A stretch of 64,000 nucleotides of DNA from Candidatus Melainabacteria bacterium 17Bon1m (GCA_032128875.1 JAVLKG010000001.1:384001-448000); one strand, 5' to 3'; shown: positions 9,513-19,981, numbered from the stretch's first letter. Numbers and translations: made by a program. Notes: generated by a model from the sequence alone, not told the origin.

Positions 9513-11609
9513 ATGGACCAAGATACTACACCGACAAACTTAGAGCAAAATGAACCGCAGGATGGCAGTCCGTTTGAGATTGGAAAAGTGCTTGATGGCA
9601 AGTACGAAATCGTTGCTCTTTTGGGCAAAGGCGGAATGGGCTCTGTTTATCGGGTGCGGCATAAGCTATTGAATGTTGAGTTGGCACTGAAAACGCTTGA
9701 TTCGCAACGATTGAATGACGCCAATTCTTCTCGCAGATTTCAAACGGAAGCGAAAGCAGCATTCTCGTTGAAACACCCTAATCTGGTAAAAGTACATGAT
9801 TTCGGCGTTTTAGAAAATGGACACCCATTTCTCGTCATGGACTGGGTGCAAGGAAAAACTCTCCAAGCAATGATCAAAGAGCGCGGACACTTTACGGTGG
9901 AAGAGATCGAACCTGTCTTTGCGCAACTGTGTTTTGGTTTGGCATATGCACATCGCCAGCAGGTGGTGCACCGTGATATCAAGCCCGCCAATATTATGGT
10001 TGTTGAAGGGATGGATTTCAAAGAAGAAGGCAGTGTCAAAATTCTTGATTTTGGAATTGCAAAGATCGTCAATGAAGATCGTAATGAAATGGACGCGCTT
10101 ACGCAAACTGGCGAGATCTTCGGAAGTCCTTTGTACATGAGCCCCGAGCAGTGTGCAGGTGAAACCATTGATCAGCGGAGCGATATCTATTCATTAGGTT
10201 GCGTGCTATTTGAAGCAATAACAGGAACGCCACCACTTGTTGGAACCAACCCCCTGCGCACCATGATGCTTCACGTTAATGAAAAAGCTCCTACGCTAAA
10301 GGAAGCGACACTTGGTTCTCAGTTTTCGCCAGCCGTCGAGCAGATACTTGCGAAATTGTTGGCAAAGTCACCAGCCGATCGGTATTGCGATCTGGGTGTT
10401 GTTGCTCACGAATTGCACAAGGCGTGCACGAGCACTTCCTTTGAAGTTGAAGGTGCGCAAAGCGAATCGAATGCTTTTGTTTCTGTTCGAAAGAAAGGAA
10501 CAGTTATTTTTAGTCGCACTCAACTTGTCGCTGTATTGGCATTTACGGCAATTGTTTCTATTTACTCGACACTTGGAGTTACCGACTATCTTCGAGGGCA
10601 AGCTGCGGCTGCCGCAATGAAAAAGGATGTTCAGATTAAGGAGTATTGGCATGGCGAGTCAGAGGTTGAAAGATCAGGTCGCGAGCATAGTTTGAAGCAA
10701 ATTGCATTGCACAAAACCGCATTCGAGAAAGTCTCTAAAATCACCGCAATACCTTTCGATGATGATAATGGTATTCACAAACGGAAAGTTGTATTTCCCG
10801 AGCTTAGAATGGGCGCCACCAGGCACGGTGCTCCTGATATTGAAGGAACTAGAGGCATCAGTAAGGATCCTGCTACAAAAGAACGAATATTTCCAGCGTG
10901 GGGTCCAATTATTTTCAACGTAAACAAGTCCATAGACATGTTTGCGCTTCCAAACTACTTTGTTTACGACAAGATAGATCCGGAGTTGTTTTCTGGCCTG
11001 GATTATGAGGATGTTGGGTACAAGAATAGCGATTTGGTAGTAGCAACTACAATTTCGCCAGACGTTGCTCCTGGTGTTGCGCACTTATTCGAGGTCATTA
11101 CCAAGTGGAAGAATCTGGAGTTTGTCAATTTTAGAGATGTAGAAATAACAAAGGCGATGCTGTCAGCGTTGAACAATTGTCCAAAGCTGACATTCCTGGT
11201 TCTGCATACAAATAACTATGATTCTGTTTTGGTGGCACGACAACCATTTTTGAAAAGGCTAGACAGACTGACTCTCATACACGGTAATGCCAGCCCTATA
11301 CTGAAAGCTCTTTCTCATTCGCACGCTATCAAAAAGCTGGTTTTAGGAGATCACTCGACGGTCAACGTCGATGCCACCACTTCATTGCGGAAGTGTTCGC
11401 ACATTGATTTATTGGTATATGGTCAATACAAATATGATGACGACAGGATCATTCGCGCACTTTCGTCTCTTCGTAATGTTTCCAGGATTAGTTTTATAAA
11501 CGGCGCTCTATCAGCGGGGCAATTGGCAATGCTCAAAGAAAGTTGGGTTTCAGTGCCTGCGCATCAGGAGCACATGCAGGACTTCGTGCCGCGAACAAAG
11601 CCCCATTAG
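9513..11609 (+). CDS. Hanks-type Ser/Thr protein kinase with TM helix and LRR-like C-terminal domain
   Basis: LGKGGMGSVY, HRDIKPAN, DFG, YMSPEQ; TM LVAVLAFTAIVSIY; LRR-like segments (KNLEFVNF, PKLTFLVL, KRLDRLTL, IKKLVL). Confidence 0.93.
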   Translation: MDQDTTPTNLEQNEPQDGSPFEIGKVLDGKYEIVALLGKGGMGSVYRVRHKLLNVELALKTLDSQRLNDANSSRRFQTEAKAAFSLKHPNLVKVHDFGVLENGHPFLVMDWVQGKTLQAMIKERGHFTVEEIEPVFAQLCFGLAYAHRQQVVHRDIKPANIMVVEGMDFKEEGSVKILDFGIAKIVNEDRNEMDALTQTGEIFGSPLYMSPEQCAGETIDQRSDIYSLGCVLFEAITGTPPLVGTNPLRTMMLHVNEKAPTLKEATLGSQFSPAVEQILAKLLAKSPADRYCDLGVVAHELHKACTSTSFEVEGAQSESNAFVSVRKKGTVIFSRTQLVAVLAFTAIVSIYSTLGVTDYLRGQAAAAAMKKDVQIKEYWHGESEVERSGREHSLKQIALHKTAFEKVSKITAIPFDDDNGIHKRKVVFPELRMGATRHGAPDIEGTRGISKDPATKERIFPAWGPIIFNVNKSIDMFALPNYFVYDKIDPELFSGLDYEDVGYKNSDLVVATTISPDVAPGVAHLFEVITKWKNLEFVNFRDVEITKAMLSALNNCPKLTFLVLHTNNYDSVLVARQPFLKRLDRLTLIHGNASPILKALSHSHAIKKLVLGDHSTVNVDATTSLRKCSHIDLLVYGQYKYDDDRIIRALSSLRNVSRISFINGALSAGQLAMLKESWVSVPAHQEHMQDFVPRTKPH

Positions 11610-12275
11610 CTATTCTGCGGAGCTTTCTTTGTCTTGCGCAAGTTTGGCGTCAACTAGTTCTTGCAGCGCAATTACGACATCATCGAATTCCAAGGGTTTG
11701 AAGTTCTTTCCGCCGAGAATTTCTTGCCAAATCAACCATGCGACAAAACTACCGCAGCAAATGTGCGCTGTAGCAAGCGGGTTGTTTAGTTTCATTTCTT
11801 TGTGTTTTGCAAAATAACCACTCGCAAGCTCCATGCCCTTGAGAATAACTGTTTTTACATAGAGGGTCGCCAGCTCTGGAAAACGTTCGGATTCTCCGAT
11901 AACTACACGCAGGAGCGCACGATATTCAGCTGATTGAGAGAGCATTCTAAATTTCTGAGTCAGCAGTTTGACGAATTCGTCCGGTGGCAAGCTGTGCAAG
12001 AGTTGCTCGAATTCCGGAGTATCGGCTTGCATTCTTTTGAAAGTAACTTCCTCGATGATTGCAGCGAAAAGTTCTTCTTTGTCTTTGAAGTGACTATAAA
12101 TCGTTGCTTTGATAACGTCGGCTTCAGCGGCGACGCGATTCATGCTTGTGCTCGCATATCCGTTTTCCAGGAAAACCTTAATTGCCGCTTGAACAATCTG
12201 GTCCTTCTTGCTGCGCGGGCGACCGCCGCCAATTACGGCGGGTGCGCTGGAGCCAGAGTCTCGTTTGTCTTGCAT
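11610..12275 (-). CDS. TetR/AcrR-family transcriptional regulator
   Basis: IVQAAIKVFLENGYASTSMNRVAAEADVIKATIYSHFKDKEELF helix-turn-helix. Confidence 0.93.
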   Translation of the reverse strand: MQDKRDSGSSAPAVIGGGRPRSKKDQIVQAAIKVFLENGYASTSMNRVAAEADVIKATIYSHFKDKEELFAAIIEEVTFKRMQADTPEFEQLLHSLPPDEFVKLLTQKFRMLSQSAEYRALLRVVIGESERFPELATLYVKTVILKGMELASGYFAKHKEMKLNNPLATAHICCGSFVAWLIWQEILGGKNFKPLEFDDVVIALQELVDAKLAQDKESSAE

Positions 12276-12437
12276 AGCGTTTTGGGCTATTCCTTATATT
12301 TAGGGCTGAAGTCCGAAGCCTCGAAACTTTGTGTTCTACAATGGGTCATTACTATTGAAAACTGGCTGGTAAAAGTCTGAAAAGCCTTGTGTTTCAAGCG
12401 CTTAAGCGAAAAAGTCGGATTTAACTAGGAATTATCC

Positions 12438-12454
12438 ATACCGGTTGGTATACT
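12438..12454. promoter_or_regulatory. Candidate TetR operator overlapping a -10-like TATACT
   Basis: Palindrome ATACC-GGTT-GGTAT (12438-12451) between the divergent tetR and exporter. A similar ACTGGCTGGTA lies at 12361-12371. Confidence 0.5.
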
Positions 12455-12491
12455 AGCATCAGAAGCACCCAGTTGGCAACCCTCCAAAGTC

Positions 12492-13754
12492 ATGTTGAAA
12501 ACCCGAGACCAATCAACAAATGACGCCGGCCAAAGCGCCCCGCCCCGGGAGCACCATGCCGGCCCGCTGCCAAAACGTGTGCTTCTCGCGTTTGTTGTCG
12601 TCGCCGTTGCCGGCGGCGCCTATTTTTTCTTCAATAAGCCTCTGCAGCAGCCGACGAACTCGCTTCATGTAAGTGGACGTATCGAGGGTTATGAGACGAA
12701 CATCGGACCCAAGATTGGCGGGCGTGTGGACTTTGTCGCAAAGCGAGAAGGCGAGCTGGTAAAACGCGGCGAGCTTCTGGTGAAACTGTCAGACGATGAT
12801 GTGCAAGCGCAGTTGCGCGGGGCAGAAGCTCGAGTTTTAAGTTCGCAGGAAAAAGCGAGCGAGGCTCACTATCAGCTTTCCGTCGTTGATAATCAAATTG
12901 CTGAGGCTCAAGTGAGAGTTGCGCAGTCGAAAGAAGATACTACAGCCCAAGTTGATCAGGCTGAAGCGAATGTTGCCACCACTGAGGCAAAAGTTGCTGA
13001 AGCAGAAGCGCTTCTCTCTCAGGCAAGGTCTGAATTAGAGATGGCTACTCTGCGTAACGAACGTTATGCATCACTAGTTCAAGATAAAGCTGTCACACTT
13101 GATGAAGCAGATCAGGCTCGTACCGGAAAGGACAATGCAATCGCATTAGTCGGTTCGCGCAAAGCAAATCTTGAAGCGGCGCGCAAGCAACTGCGTGTTG
13201 CGAAAGCCGGACTCGAGATGGCGAAAACGTCGCGTCTAAATCCGCAGATGCGCAATGCTCAACTGGCTGTTCTTAAGCAACAGCGCATTCAGGCTCAATT
13301 CAAAGAGAAGAGCGCAGAGCACGAAGTGAAGAATGCAAAGTCTGAAGCAGAGCAAGTTAAGGCGAATATTGCCTACCTCAACGTTAACAGTCCAATCGAT
13401 GGCGTAGTCACGGCTCGTTCTGTAGAACCCGGTGCGGTAGTGGTGCCTGGACAGAATCTACTTTCTCTCATCGACCTGGATCGAGTGTATTTGCGTGGTT
13501 TCGTTCCTGAAGGCGACATTGGCAAAATTCGCATCGGACAAGCAGCAAGTGTTTATCTTGATAGTCAGCCGAAGACGCCACTGGAGGGCGAAGTCATTCA
13601 AATAGATCCGGAAGGTTCTTTCACTCCGGAGAACATCTATTTCAAAGAAGACCGCGTCAAGCAAGTTTTTGGTATCAAGATTTTGCTCAAGCACCCTGAT
13701 CGTTTTGCAAAACCCGGCATGCCCGCAGATGCTGAAATCTCGCTTGTGAAGTAA
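12492..13754 (+). CDS. HlyD-family periplasmic adaptor (YbhG-like)
   Basis: N-terminal TM, SGRIEG, coiled coil, SPIDGVV, FTPENI, KPGMPAD. Confidence 0.92.
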   Translation: MLKTRDQSTNDAGQSAPPREHHAGPLPKRVLLAFVVVAVAGGAYFFFNKPLQQPTNSLHVSGRIEGYETNIGPKIGGRVDFVAKREGELVKRGELLVKLSDDDVQAQLRGAEARVLSSQEKASEAHYQLSVVDNQIAEAQVRVAQSKEDTTAQVDQAEANVATTEAKVAEAEALLSQARSELEMATLRNERYASLVQDKAVTLDEADQARTGKDNAIALVGSRKANLEAARKQLRVAKAGLEMAKTSRLNPQMRNAQLAVLKQQRIQAQFKEKSAEHEVKNAKSEAEQVKANIAYLNVNSPIDGVVTARSVEPGAVVVPGQNLLSLIDLDRVYLRGFVPEGDIGKIRIGQAASVYLDSQPKTPLEGEVIQIDPEGSFTPENIYFKEDRVKQVFGIKILLKHPDRFAKPGMPADAEISLVK

Positions 13755-13760
13755 ACAACC

Positions 13761-15695
13761 GTGAATGCAGAGCCACTGGTTACTGTCAAAAGTTTAGAAA
13801 AAAACTACGGGCAAACGCGAGCCGTTCGAGATCTCAATTTCTCCATAAACCCTGGGGAATTGTTCGGATTAATCGGACCGGATGGTGCCGGCAAGACAAC
13901 CACGTTTCACATACTGGGCGGCATTATGAATGCAACCTCCGGAGAAGTGCTGGCGCTTGGTAAAAAGCCGCGCGATGTGCGCCTTGAGATTGGCTATCTG
14001 ACGCAGCAATTTTCTTTGTATCAAGATCTGAGTATCGATGAAAATCTGAAATATGTGGCTGGCATTCGTGAAGTTCCGCCCGCTGAGTTTGAAGAGCGTT
14101 CTACCAAATATCTTCGTGCCATGGATCTCTTACGTTTTAGAGATAGACTAGCCGGTAAGCTTTCAGGCGGAATGAAGCAGAAATTGGCCCTCTGTTGTGC
14201 ACTGATGGCAAGCCCGAAGATTCTTTTGCTCGATGAGCCGACAACTGGTGTCGACCCAGTTTCGCGTCGTGAATTCTGGGATTTACTTGCCACGGTGGTC
14301 GGGGATGGCGTGTCTGTTGCTGTAGCTACGCCATATCTTGATGAAGCCGAGCGATGCAATCGGCTGATCCTGATGCACGAAGGCGAGATCCAGGAAATGG
14401 GCTCTGTGCCTGAACTCAAGGCTGGCTTGCATATGAAACGCCTTGAAGTGCGTGGTGGCAGATTGGAAAAGCTGGAAAGAAATCTCTGGGCATTACCTTC
14501 TGCTAGTGAGAAAATCAAGGACATTCAGGCCTTTGGTGACAGGCTCGATGTTCTCACTGCCCAGGTTGAGGAAGCGGAAGTCCTGATAAAAACCGCCGGA
14601 GCAGCCGTGCAGTCAGGCGAAATAAGCATCGAAGTTCAGGAGCCGACGCTGGAAAATGTCTTCGTTAACCGCTTGAAAGGTAAGGTTCATGTCGATACCG
14701 AAACCCGCTATCCGCTGGTTGAAAAGCCGGCAAAGGCGGCAGATGAAGAAGCAATTGCCGCAAGGAATATATTCAAGATTTTTGGTGACTTCAAAGCCGT
14801 AAACAATGTCAGCTTGTCGGTGAAATACGGCGAAATTTATGGCTTGCTCGGAGCGAATGGTGCAGGTAAAACAACGACCATTAAGATGCTTTGCGGTTTG
14901 ATAAAACCGACTCAAGGCGACATGGTGCTTTGCGGAGCCAAGAGCAATCTGCGCAGCCCAGCTCTAAGAGAGCGACTCGGCTACATGAGTCAGAAATTTA
15001 CTTTGTACGATGACCTGACGATTTTAGAGAATCTTGAATTTTATTGTGGTGTATATCAAGTAAAGGACAGGCTTAAGAACGAAAGAATAAATTGGGTTCT
15101 TGCGAATTCCGGATTGAAGGGGCAGGAAGGAATGCTGACCGGGCGCCTTCCAGGTGGATGGAAACAGCGGCTTTCGTTCGGTGCAGCGGTGATGCACCAA
15201 CCGGAAGTGCTATTCCTTGATGAGCCCACATCCGGTGTTGATCCTTTAGCGCGCCGTGAGATGTGGCGCATGATTCGTGAGTTTGCGAGTGATGGCACTG
15301 CGGTGCTTGTGACTACTCACTTTCTAGAAGAAGCCGAACATTGCAGCCAACTTGGCTTCATGGTCGCCGGAGAATTGGTGGCAGAGGGCTCGCCCAGTGG
15401 TATCAAAGAAAGTCAGCCCGGGCAGTTGCTGGAGATGCGGTTTTCGAATCAACAAGCCGCCTACGAACTCTTGCGCACTACTCTTGAATCTTGGCGAGTC
15501 ACTGTTTTCGCTGATTCCCTGCACATCGTTGTCGATGACCCGGACACAGAGCTTTCGAAGATCATCAATGTTGCAAAAGGCGCTGGCATAGAAGTAGTTG
15601 AAGCTCGACCTTTGCCGTTCAGCCTGGAAGATTCTTTCATCTCAATTGTAAAACGCGCTTCTAATGGAAACGGAGCCAAGGTGAGTGCCGCATGA
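13761..15695 (+). CDS. ABC transporter ATPase with two NBDs (YbhF-like)
   Basis: GPDGAGKTT, LSGGMKQ, LDEPTTGVDP; second NBD GANGAGKTT, LDEPTSGVDP. Confidence 0.95.
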   Translation: MNAEPLVTVKSLEKNYGQTRAVRDLNFSINPGELFGLIGPDGAGKTTTFHILGGIMNATSGEVLALGKKPRDVRLEIGYLTQQFSLYQDLSIDENLKYVAGIREVPPAEFEERSTKYLRAMDLLRFRDRLAGKLSGGMKQKLALCCALMASPKILLLDEPTTGVDPVSRREFWDLLATVVGDGVSVAVATPYLDEAERCNRLILMHEGEIQEMGSVPELKAGLHMKRLEVRGGRLEKLERNLWALPSASEKIKDIQAFGDRLDVLTAQVEEAEVLIKTAGAAVQSGEISIEVQEPTLENVFVNRLKGKVHVDTETRYPLVEKPAKAADEEAIAARNIFKIFGDFKAVNNVSLSVKYGEIYGLLGANGAGKTTTIKMLCGLIKPTQGDMVLCGAKSNLRSPALRERLGYMSQKFTLYDDLTILENLEFYCGVYQVKDRLKNERINWVLANSGLKGQEGMLTGRLPGGWKQRLSFGAAVMHQPEVLFLDEPTSGVDPLARREMWRMIREFASDGTAVLVTTHFLEEAEHCSQLGFMVAGELVAEGSPSGIKESQPGQLLEMRFSNQQAAYELLRTTLESWRVTVFADSLHIVVDDPDTELSKIINVAKGAGIEVVEARPLPFSLEDSFISIVKRASNGNGAKVSAA

Positions 15696-16801
15696 AAAGA
15701 ATTCTGGCTCAGTGTATGAAAGAACTCGCGCAATTCCGGCGCGATCGCCTCACTCTAGCGTTGGCATTTTTCTTGCCGCTGGTGGCGCTTTTGTTGTACG
15801 GATATGCTACGAGGCTGGAAGCGAAAGACATTCCGGTTGCAGTGAAAAATTTCGATAACAGTGCGCTCAGCCGCGACTATCTCGATGCGTTGTTCAATAA
15901 TGGGCAATTAAAGCTTGTTCGCTGGGCGCCTGGTGATGCGATGCGGCAACTTGACCTTGGCGATGCAAAGGCTGCTATCGTTATTCCCCCTGAATTTTCT
16001 CGCAAGATCCGACAGAACATCGCTGCTGATATTCAAGTGCTCGTGGATGGCACCGACGTGAATAACGCCCGCGTTGTGAAGAATAGTATTCTTGCCACCA
16101 CGCAATATTTTGTCCGCTCGCACAAACTAAATCCACCGAATGACAAATCGCTGCTCAAGACTGATGTTCGCTTATGGTTTAATCCGGGCAGAAAAGAGGC
16201 TCTCTATGTCGCACCGGGGGCAGTGGCGATCAACCTTTGGATTTTCCCCTGCCTGCTGGCAGCACTGGCGATGGCACGCGAGCGAGAGTATGGCACGATG
16301 ATGCAGCTCTATACTTCTTCGATTACGTCTTTCCAGCTTGTTGCAGGCAAAGCTCTTGCTTATTGGTTGGTCGGTATGATTCAAGCGGCGATGATGCTGG
16401 CGTTGGCTATTACACTTTTCGGAATTCGCCTGGTTGGAAATGTACCGGTCTACCTGGTGTCACTTTCTGTGTTCATTTTTAGCTCTGTTTTGTTCGGACT
16501 TCTGATGGGGGCTCGCGCGCAGACCCAGAGTGCGGCAGTTCAGATGGTGGCAACTGCAGGTTTTACCACTGCGTTGCTGTTGTCCGGGTTCATTTATCCG
16601 GTGAGAAATATTACCTGGCCACTTTCACTCATATCGTATGTGGTGCCGGCTCGCTACTTCGTGGAGGCCTCTAGAAATGCTTTTGTCCGCGGCAGTGATG
16701 CGCTTAGCCAAATTCAGATTCCTATTTACCTGACGCTCTGCGCGGTGGCCTTTTACTTGATCGCCAGCAGAGTATTGCGCAAGATGCAGATGGACGCATA
16801 A
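15692..16801 (+). CDS. ABC-2 type permease (YbhS-like)
   Basis: MKELAQFRRD, VDGTD, REREYGT; six-TM pattern. Confidence 0.92.
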   Translation: MKRILAQCMKELAQFRRDRLTLALAFFLPLVALLLYGYATRLEAKDIPVAVKNFDNSALSRDYLDALFNNGQLKLVRWAPGDAMRQLDLGDAKAAIVIPPEFSRKIRQNIAADIQVLVDGTDVNNARVVKNSILATTQYFVRSHKLNPPNDKSLLKTDVRLWFNPGRKEALYVAPGAVAINLWIFPCLLAALAMAREREYGTMMQLYTSSITSFQLVAGKALAYWLVGMIQAAMMLALAITLFGIRLVGNVPVYLVSLSVFIFSSVLFGLLMGARAQTQSAAVQMVATAGFTTALLLSGFIYPVRNITWPLSLISYVVPARYFVEASRNAFVRGSDALSQIQIPIYLTLCAVAFYLIASRVLRKMQMDA

Positions 16802-16803
16802 TC

Positions 16804-17934
16804 ATGCCTATTGGACCACTAGTTAAAACTACACGGCTGGGTGCTCTTGCGCGCAAAGAAATGCGTCAAATCATGCGCGACAAGCAGCTTATCTTCATAC
16901 TTTTCATGATGCCGCTTATTCAACTATGTATATATGGATATGCGCTTAGTCCGGACGTCAACCATTTGAGAATGGGCGTTGTCGATCATTCTTCGTCGCT
17001 GATCAGTAGAGGATTTATCTCAGCATTAGTTGAAAATGGTGTGTTCGATGTTCTTGACTCAGGCGGAGACGAGAAGACTTTAGGAGCTAAGGTGCGCGGC
17101 GGTAAGTTGGATGTTGGTGTGGTCATTCCTCCTGAATTGGAGCGCAATTACAAGTCTAATAAAGTCACTAATATTCAGGTTTTGCTCGATGGGGTGGATG
17201 CGAATACTGCCGGCATTGCCATGGCATACATAGGGCAGATTGTGATGACTTACGATCGTTTGATTCGAACCGGCTCGCAATTTCCCAACCAGCGAGCTGC
17301 GCCGCAAGTGAGTTTTGTCTACAATCAGGGACTCGTGAGCAACTGGTTTTTCGTACCAGGTGTTATTGCGTTAGTCTTAAATCTGGTTAGCACTCTGGTA
17401 TCAAGTGCAGCAGTCGTCCGTGAAAAGGACTCAGGAACACTCGAACAGTTGCTGATGACACCGGTCAGCTCATTTCAAATCCTGACGGCAAAGATTATCC
17501 CGCTTGCCGTTTTACTACTCATCAATGTTTCTGTCAGCCTGACCCTGAGCACATTCCTCTTTCATGTTCCATTCCGTGGCAATTTGTTTGTTTTCTTCGC
17601 AGTATCACTGCTCTACATAATTGTCGGAATCTCAATTGGGATTTTTCTTGCTGCCGTTAGTGAGAATCAGCGCCAGACGCTTCTAACCTCATTTTTCGTC
17701 AACCTTCCGGTTATTCAGCTTTCCGGTGCGATCTCACCTTTGGAGAGCATGCCACCCTTTTTCCAATGGCTTTCGTTGCTTGATCCGCTGAGATACTACT
17801 GCAGTTGTGTACGCGCAATACTGCTCAAAGGTGCAGGCTTCGAGTCCATATGGCGTGATGTTTTAGCGCTGGCGATCTTTGCTGTTGCACTGCTATGGAT
17901 GAGTTCCACGCGTTTTAGAGAACAGCTCAAATAG
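16804..17934 (+). CDS. ABC-2 type permease (YbhR-like)
   Basis: RKEMRQIMRD, LDGVDAN, VREKDSGTLEQLLMTP. Confidence 0.92.
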   Translation: MPIGPLVKTTRLGALARKEMRQIMRDKQLIFILFMMPLIQLCIYGYALSPDVNHLRMGVVDHSSSLISRGFISALVENGVFDVLDSGGDEKTLGAKVRGGKLDVGVVIPPELERNYKSNKVTNIQVLLDGVDANTAGIAMAYIGQIVMTYDRLIRTGSQFPNQRAAPQVSFVYNQGLVSNWFFVPGVIALVLNLVSTLVSSAAVVREKDSGTLEQLLMTPVSSFQILTAKIIPLAVLLLINVSVSLTLSTFLFHVPFRGNLFVFFAVSLLYIIVGISIGIFLAAVSENQRQTLLTSFFVNLPVIQLSGAISPLESMPPFFQWLSLLDPLRYYCSCVRAILLKGAGFESIWRDVLALAIFAVALLWMSSTRFREQLK

Positions 17935-17943
17935 CGCAACGCT

Positions 17944-18261
17944 CTACAGTTCGTTGAGAGTTTTCTGCAGATCGATCAAGTGATTGTTGAATATCTCTTT
18001 TGCTACGTCCAACAAACGAAAGACAGTTGGATCGCTGCATGAATAGTAAATGTTGTTGCCTTGCTTTCGCGATACGACCAAATTCTTCGAGCGAAGCACG
18101 GCCAGCTGCTGCGAGATATTCGGCAGTTCTACATCCAAACGGTCGCGAATCTCAGAGACTGTTAATTCCTCTGTTCTGAGTTCATCAAGGATTCTTATGC
18201 GCAGCGGATTTGCAAGCGCTTTGAAAAACTCTGCTTTGAAGTTGACGAGTTTGTCTGGCAT
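17944..18261 (-). CDS. ArsR/SmtB-family regulator (Rv0081-like)
   Basis: Probable start MPDKL at 18261. FKAEFFKALANPLRIRIL...NISQQLAVLR resembles M. tuberculosis Rv0081 as recalled (LKAEFFKTLAHPARIRIL...NLSQQLGVLR). Confidence 0.88.
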   Translation of the reverse strand: MPDKLVNFKAEFFKALANPLRIRILDELRTEELTVSEIRDRLDVELPNISQQLAVLRSKNLVVSRKQGNNIYYSCSDPTVFRLLDVAKEIFNNHLIDLQKTLNEL

Positions 18262-18556
18262 GGGTCGTTTTCTGGATCTGGAGCTTGTCGTTATCAATAG
18301 TATTCTAGTCCCATGCTTGAAGTAAACGGGCAAATCATCCTGGCGTCCTTTGGCTGCCAAGGTCTGCGCTTTTGCGCTCTGGCTCTAAATTGTCGGGTCA
18401 CCTGTAAGAATCACATAAGGAGCGGTGGGGTTAGGGTTTGTACCGCTCCAAATGTGTTCTTTGGAACTCCCATCAAGCTATTATCAAGATTTACATCTTT
18501 TGAAACCAAGTTGAAAGCAAAGCTTATATGCGTCACCGTCCCGGGTTCCTTTTGCT

Positions 18557-19198
18557 CTAGGGAAGATTTTTAATTAGCTCCGTTGGTACCTTTGAGTCTT
18601 GTGGTAAATTCTTCGCTTCTTCGGCATACCACTTAGGAATGTACAGTCTGCTGTCGTGTAAGCAGACGAATAAAGGAGCAACGGTCAACTTGCGAAAGAC
18701 ATTAGTGAGGCGGATGTACTCTGCCTGCAAAGCATCTAGCTCATCATTGATAGCATGACGGCTAGCTTGTTTTGAAACATATTCTTCGGCAATTTCTGGA
18801 TCCCATCCCTGGTCGATAAAAGCTTGCACTACGGATGGTGCTTTCTCGTAAACCTTGGACATCCCACAATCGTTATGTCCGATCATTATCAAATATTTGA
18901 CGCCTTGTGACAGCGTATATCCGACGCTGAATTCTGAGCCGATTACTCTGCCACTGGCGCGCCGAATAACATATGCGTACATTCGTGGAACAGGAAGCGC
19001 ATAGCGAAACTCGATGCATGTAGCGATCAACAGTTCTACTTTTCCTGTAGATACAATTGGCCATCCAAAATTTTGCGCCATGATGAATGATTCAATTGGA
19101 GTATCTCTCCATGCCTCGGGAATCTCCTCGCGCGACTTAACTTCAATCAAAGACTCTTTGTATTTGTCGTCTGATCGTACTGGAGGAGGAATATTCAT
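18557..19198 (-). CDS. Beta-carbonic anhydrase-like protein
   Basis: Probable start MNIPPP at 19198. Zn-ligand pattern TCIEFR ... IGHNDCG; the canonical CxDxR has Asp replaced by Glu. Confidence 0.75.
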   Translation of the reverse strand: MNIPPPVRSDDKYKESLIEVKSREEIPEAWRDTPIESFIMAQNFGWPIVSTGKVELLIATCIEFRYALPVPRMYAYVIRRASGRVIGSEFSVGYTLSQGVKYLIMIGHNDCGMSKVYEKAPSVVQAFIDQGWDPEIAEEYVSKQASRHAINDELDALQAEYIRLTNVFRKLTVAPLFVCLHDSRLYIPKWYAEEAKNLPQDSKVPTELIKNLP

Positions 19199-19232
19199 TT
19201 GCGTTTCCAAAGTGGTGTGGTGTGGGTGAGCG

Positions 19233-19853
19233 TTAGTGGCATTCGTCGTCCGGAAATACCCAGAAGCTCTCGGTCTGCGGATCGTATGTTGCGTTTTCCA
19301 TGGTGTCATCATGGTTGATCCATGCATGAAATTTGAGATTGCCTTCCTGCGCTGCTTTCGATATTTTAGGCAGTTTCAGAAGTTCTGAAAGTTCTCTGAG
19401 AACAAAATCTTCAACTGCACGTTGAAAGACGTGTTTGTCGAATTTGTCTCCAAATCTTTCTTTTATGGCATTCCTTGTGCCAGACACTCTGCGAATCACT
19501 TCGTTATATATGTTTGTCGAAGGCCCGTCCGCCGATGGGTCGCTGCGCAAACCAACTTCAATGATTTCGCAGCCGTAGTGCCCATATACGATGACGTCGC
19601 TTATCTGTTTGCTGGCGACAAGGTCTTCGAGCCCTCCGCAGTCGTCAACGCAACCACCGAGGTTTTGCCAGGTGAAGATTGGTAATTTTGGATCTGCTGG
19701 AAATACTGAATTGATGTTGCACATCTCGGAGCAGCAGATTACCGCCACGCCGGTGGAAGTGCCGCCGGTAAGCCTTTTATTGATTTGCGACCGAGAAGTC
19801 GGTTCGATTAGGCGGATCGAAGTTTCGTCAAGAATGCCGGCTAACGTTTTCAT
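19233..19853 (-). CDS. Divergent beta-carbonic anhydrase-like protein
   Basis: Probable start MKTLAG at 19853. ICCSEM, QNLGG, IVYGHYGC, and C-terminal GNLKFHAWI typical of beta-CA. The Asp-Arg dyad is not conserved. Confidence 0.65.
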   Translation of the reverse strand: MKTLAGILDETSIRLIEPTSRSQINKRLTGGTSTGVAVICCSEMCNINSVFPADPKLPIFTWQNLGGCVDDCGGLEDLVASKQISDVIVYGHYGCEIIEVGLRSDPSADGPSTNIYNEVIRRVSGTRNAIKERFGDKFDKHVFQRAVEDFVLRELSELLKLPKISKAAQEGNLKFHAWINHDDTMENATYDPQTESFWVFPDDECH

Positions 19854-19913
19854 ATCGACTGAACACCTATGGCGCACGGATACGGTTGTTTGGAATTGTA
19901 ACACTATTAGAGC

Positions 19914-19931
19914 AATTGCGCAATTACGCAA
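19914..19931. promoter_or_regulatory. Palindrome between the divergent CA/ArsR and Ehr operons (candidate ArsR operator)
   Basis: AATTGCGCAATT (19914-19925) overlapping TTGCG-N6-CGCAA (19916-19931). Confidence 0.5.
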
Positions 19932-19981
19932 GTAGTTTAATACATAATGTTACTAGGCAGGACTTTCGCGGCAGTCTTTGA

